From assembly GCA_963635575.1 (NCBI GenBank), contig CAVHFU010000030.1:1-16740 (forward strand): 16,740 nt of DNA. Reading direction: 5' to 3'. Below, piece by piece: positions 16,189-16,740 of this stretch. The notes under the pieces are model-generated. The model saw only the letters and a list, made by a program, of their open reading frames with translations. It was not told the DNA's origin and did no database searches. The number at the start of each line of letters is the position of its first letter. Positions within the stretch are counted from its first letter, which is position 1. Origin of the DNA: a bacterium. Its GTDB lineage: Bacteria; Bacillota; Clostridia; TANB77; RGIG9151. Made by a program: the position numbers and the translations under genes.

Positions 16189-16740
16189 TTGAAAGCGACA
16201 GGTATAGTTAGAAGAATTGATGACTTGGGAAGAGTTGTTATTCCTAAAGAGATAAGAAAAACTTTAAGAATAAGAGAAGGAGATCCTCTTGAAATATTTA
16301 CAGATAAAGACGGAGAGGTAATCTTAAAGAAATATTCGCCAATAGGTGAATTAACTGAATTTGCAGTGCAGTATGCTGAAACTTTGGCAAAGACAAGTGG
16401 TCACGTAGCCTGTATCACAGATAAAGATTCTGTTATAGCAGTATCAGGTGCACCCAAAAGAGAATTCTTAGATAAAAACATCAGTTATGAGCTAGAAAAG
16501 ATTATGAATGATAAAACAACATGGTTAGTAAAAAGTGCATCTGAAAAGCGTGTGCCAATTTTTAATAATGAAAGCCTAGACAAATATTATGCACAAGTTA
16601 TTTCACCAATTGTTTCAGAGGGTGACACAATAGGCTCAGTAGTACTAATGGCAACAGAAGCAAGTTCACAAATGGGGGATGCCGAAGTAAAATTAGCACA
16701 ATCAGCAGCAGGTTTCTTAGGAAAACAAATGGAGCAGTAA
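16189..16740 (+). CDS. spoVT: stage V sporulation protein T (AbrB-family SpoVT-type regulator with GAF-like C-terminal domain)
   Basis: 183-aa ORF with a TTG start 8 nt after AAGGAGG (16174-16180). The N-terminus MKATGIVRRIDDLGRVVIPKEIRKTLRIREGDPLEIF..DGEVILKKYSP is almost identical to B. subtilis SpoVT, and the C-terminal end AAGFLGKQMEQ also matches. The stop codon is the last 3 nt of the window. Confidence 0.93.
   Translation: MKATGIVRRIDDLGRVVIPKEIRKTLRIREGDPLEIFTDKDGEVILKKYSPIGELTEFAVQYAETLAKTSGHVACITDKDSVIAVSGAPKREFLDKNISYELEKIMNDKTTWLVKSASEKRVPIFNNESLDKYYAQVISPIVSEGDTIGSVVLMATEASSQMGDAEVKLAQSAAGFLGKQMEQ

Overview
This is an AT-rich, low-GC Firmicute (Clostridia-like) chromosomal core region, and every credible gene is on the + strand. 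Gene order: miaA, hfq, an orphan HlyD/membrane-fusion-like protein, sepF, divIVA, murA, ftsQ/divIB, a DUF881 (YlxW/YlxX-like) protein, sbp (small basic protein), ftsA, ftsZ, a solitary tRNA-Cys(GCA) with its own promoter and terminator, mfd, two tandem PrsA-like parvulin foldases (one TM-anchored, one carrying three SLH repeats), and spoVT. It is essentially a division/cell-wall (dcw-type) cluster joined to the mfd-prsA-spoVT neighbourhood. I saw no transposase, integrase, CRISPR array, toxin-antitoxin pair, restriction or defence-type gene, and no long repeats. I therefore do not find a convincing undescribed multi-gene system here. The parts least explained by textbook annotation are: (1) a membrane-fusion-protein homologue with no transporter partner, embedded between hfq and sepF; (2) duplication of the extracytoplasmic foldase with an anchor swap (TM versus SLH) and a shared DHxxHTH motif; (3) mfd starting about 15 nt after a strong intrinsic terminator of tRNA-Cys, with no room for its own promoter; (4) the structured leaders and non-ATG starts of ftsA and ftsZ. 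All homology calls come from reading the translations against remembered family signatures, and no searches were run.
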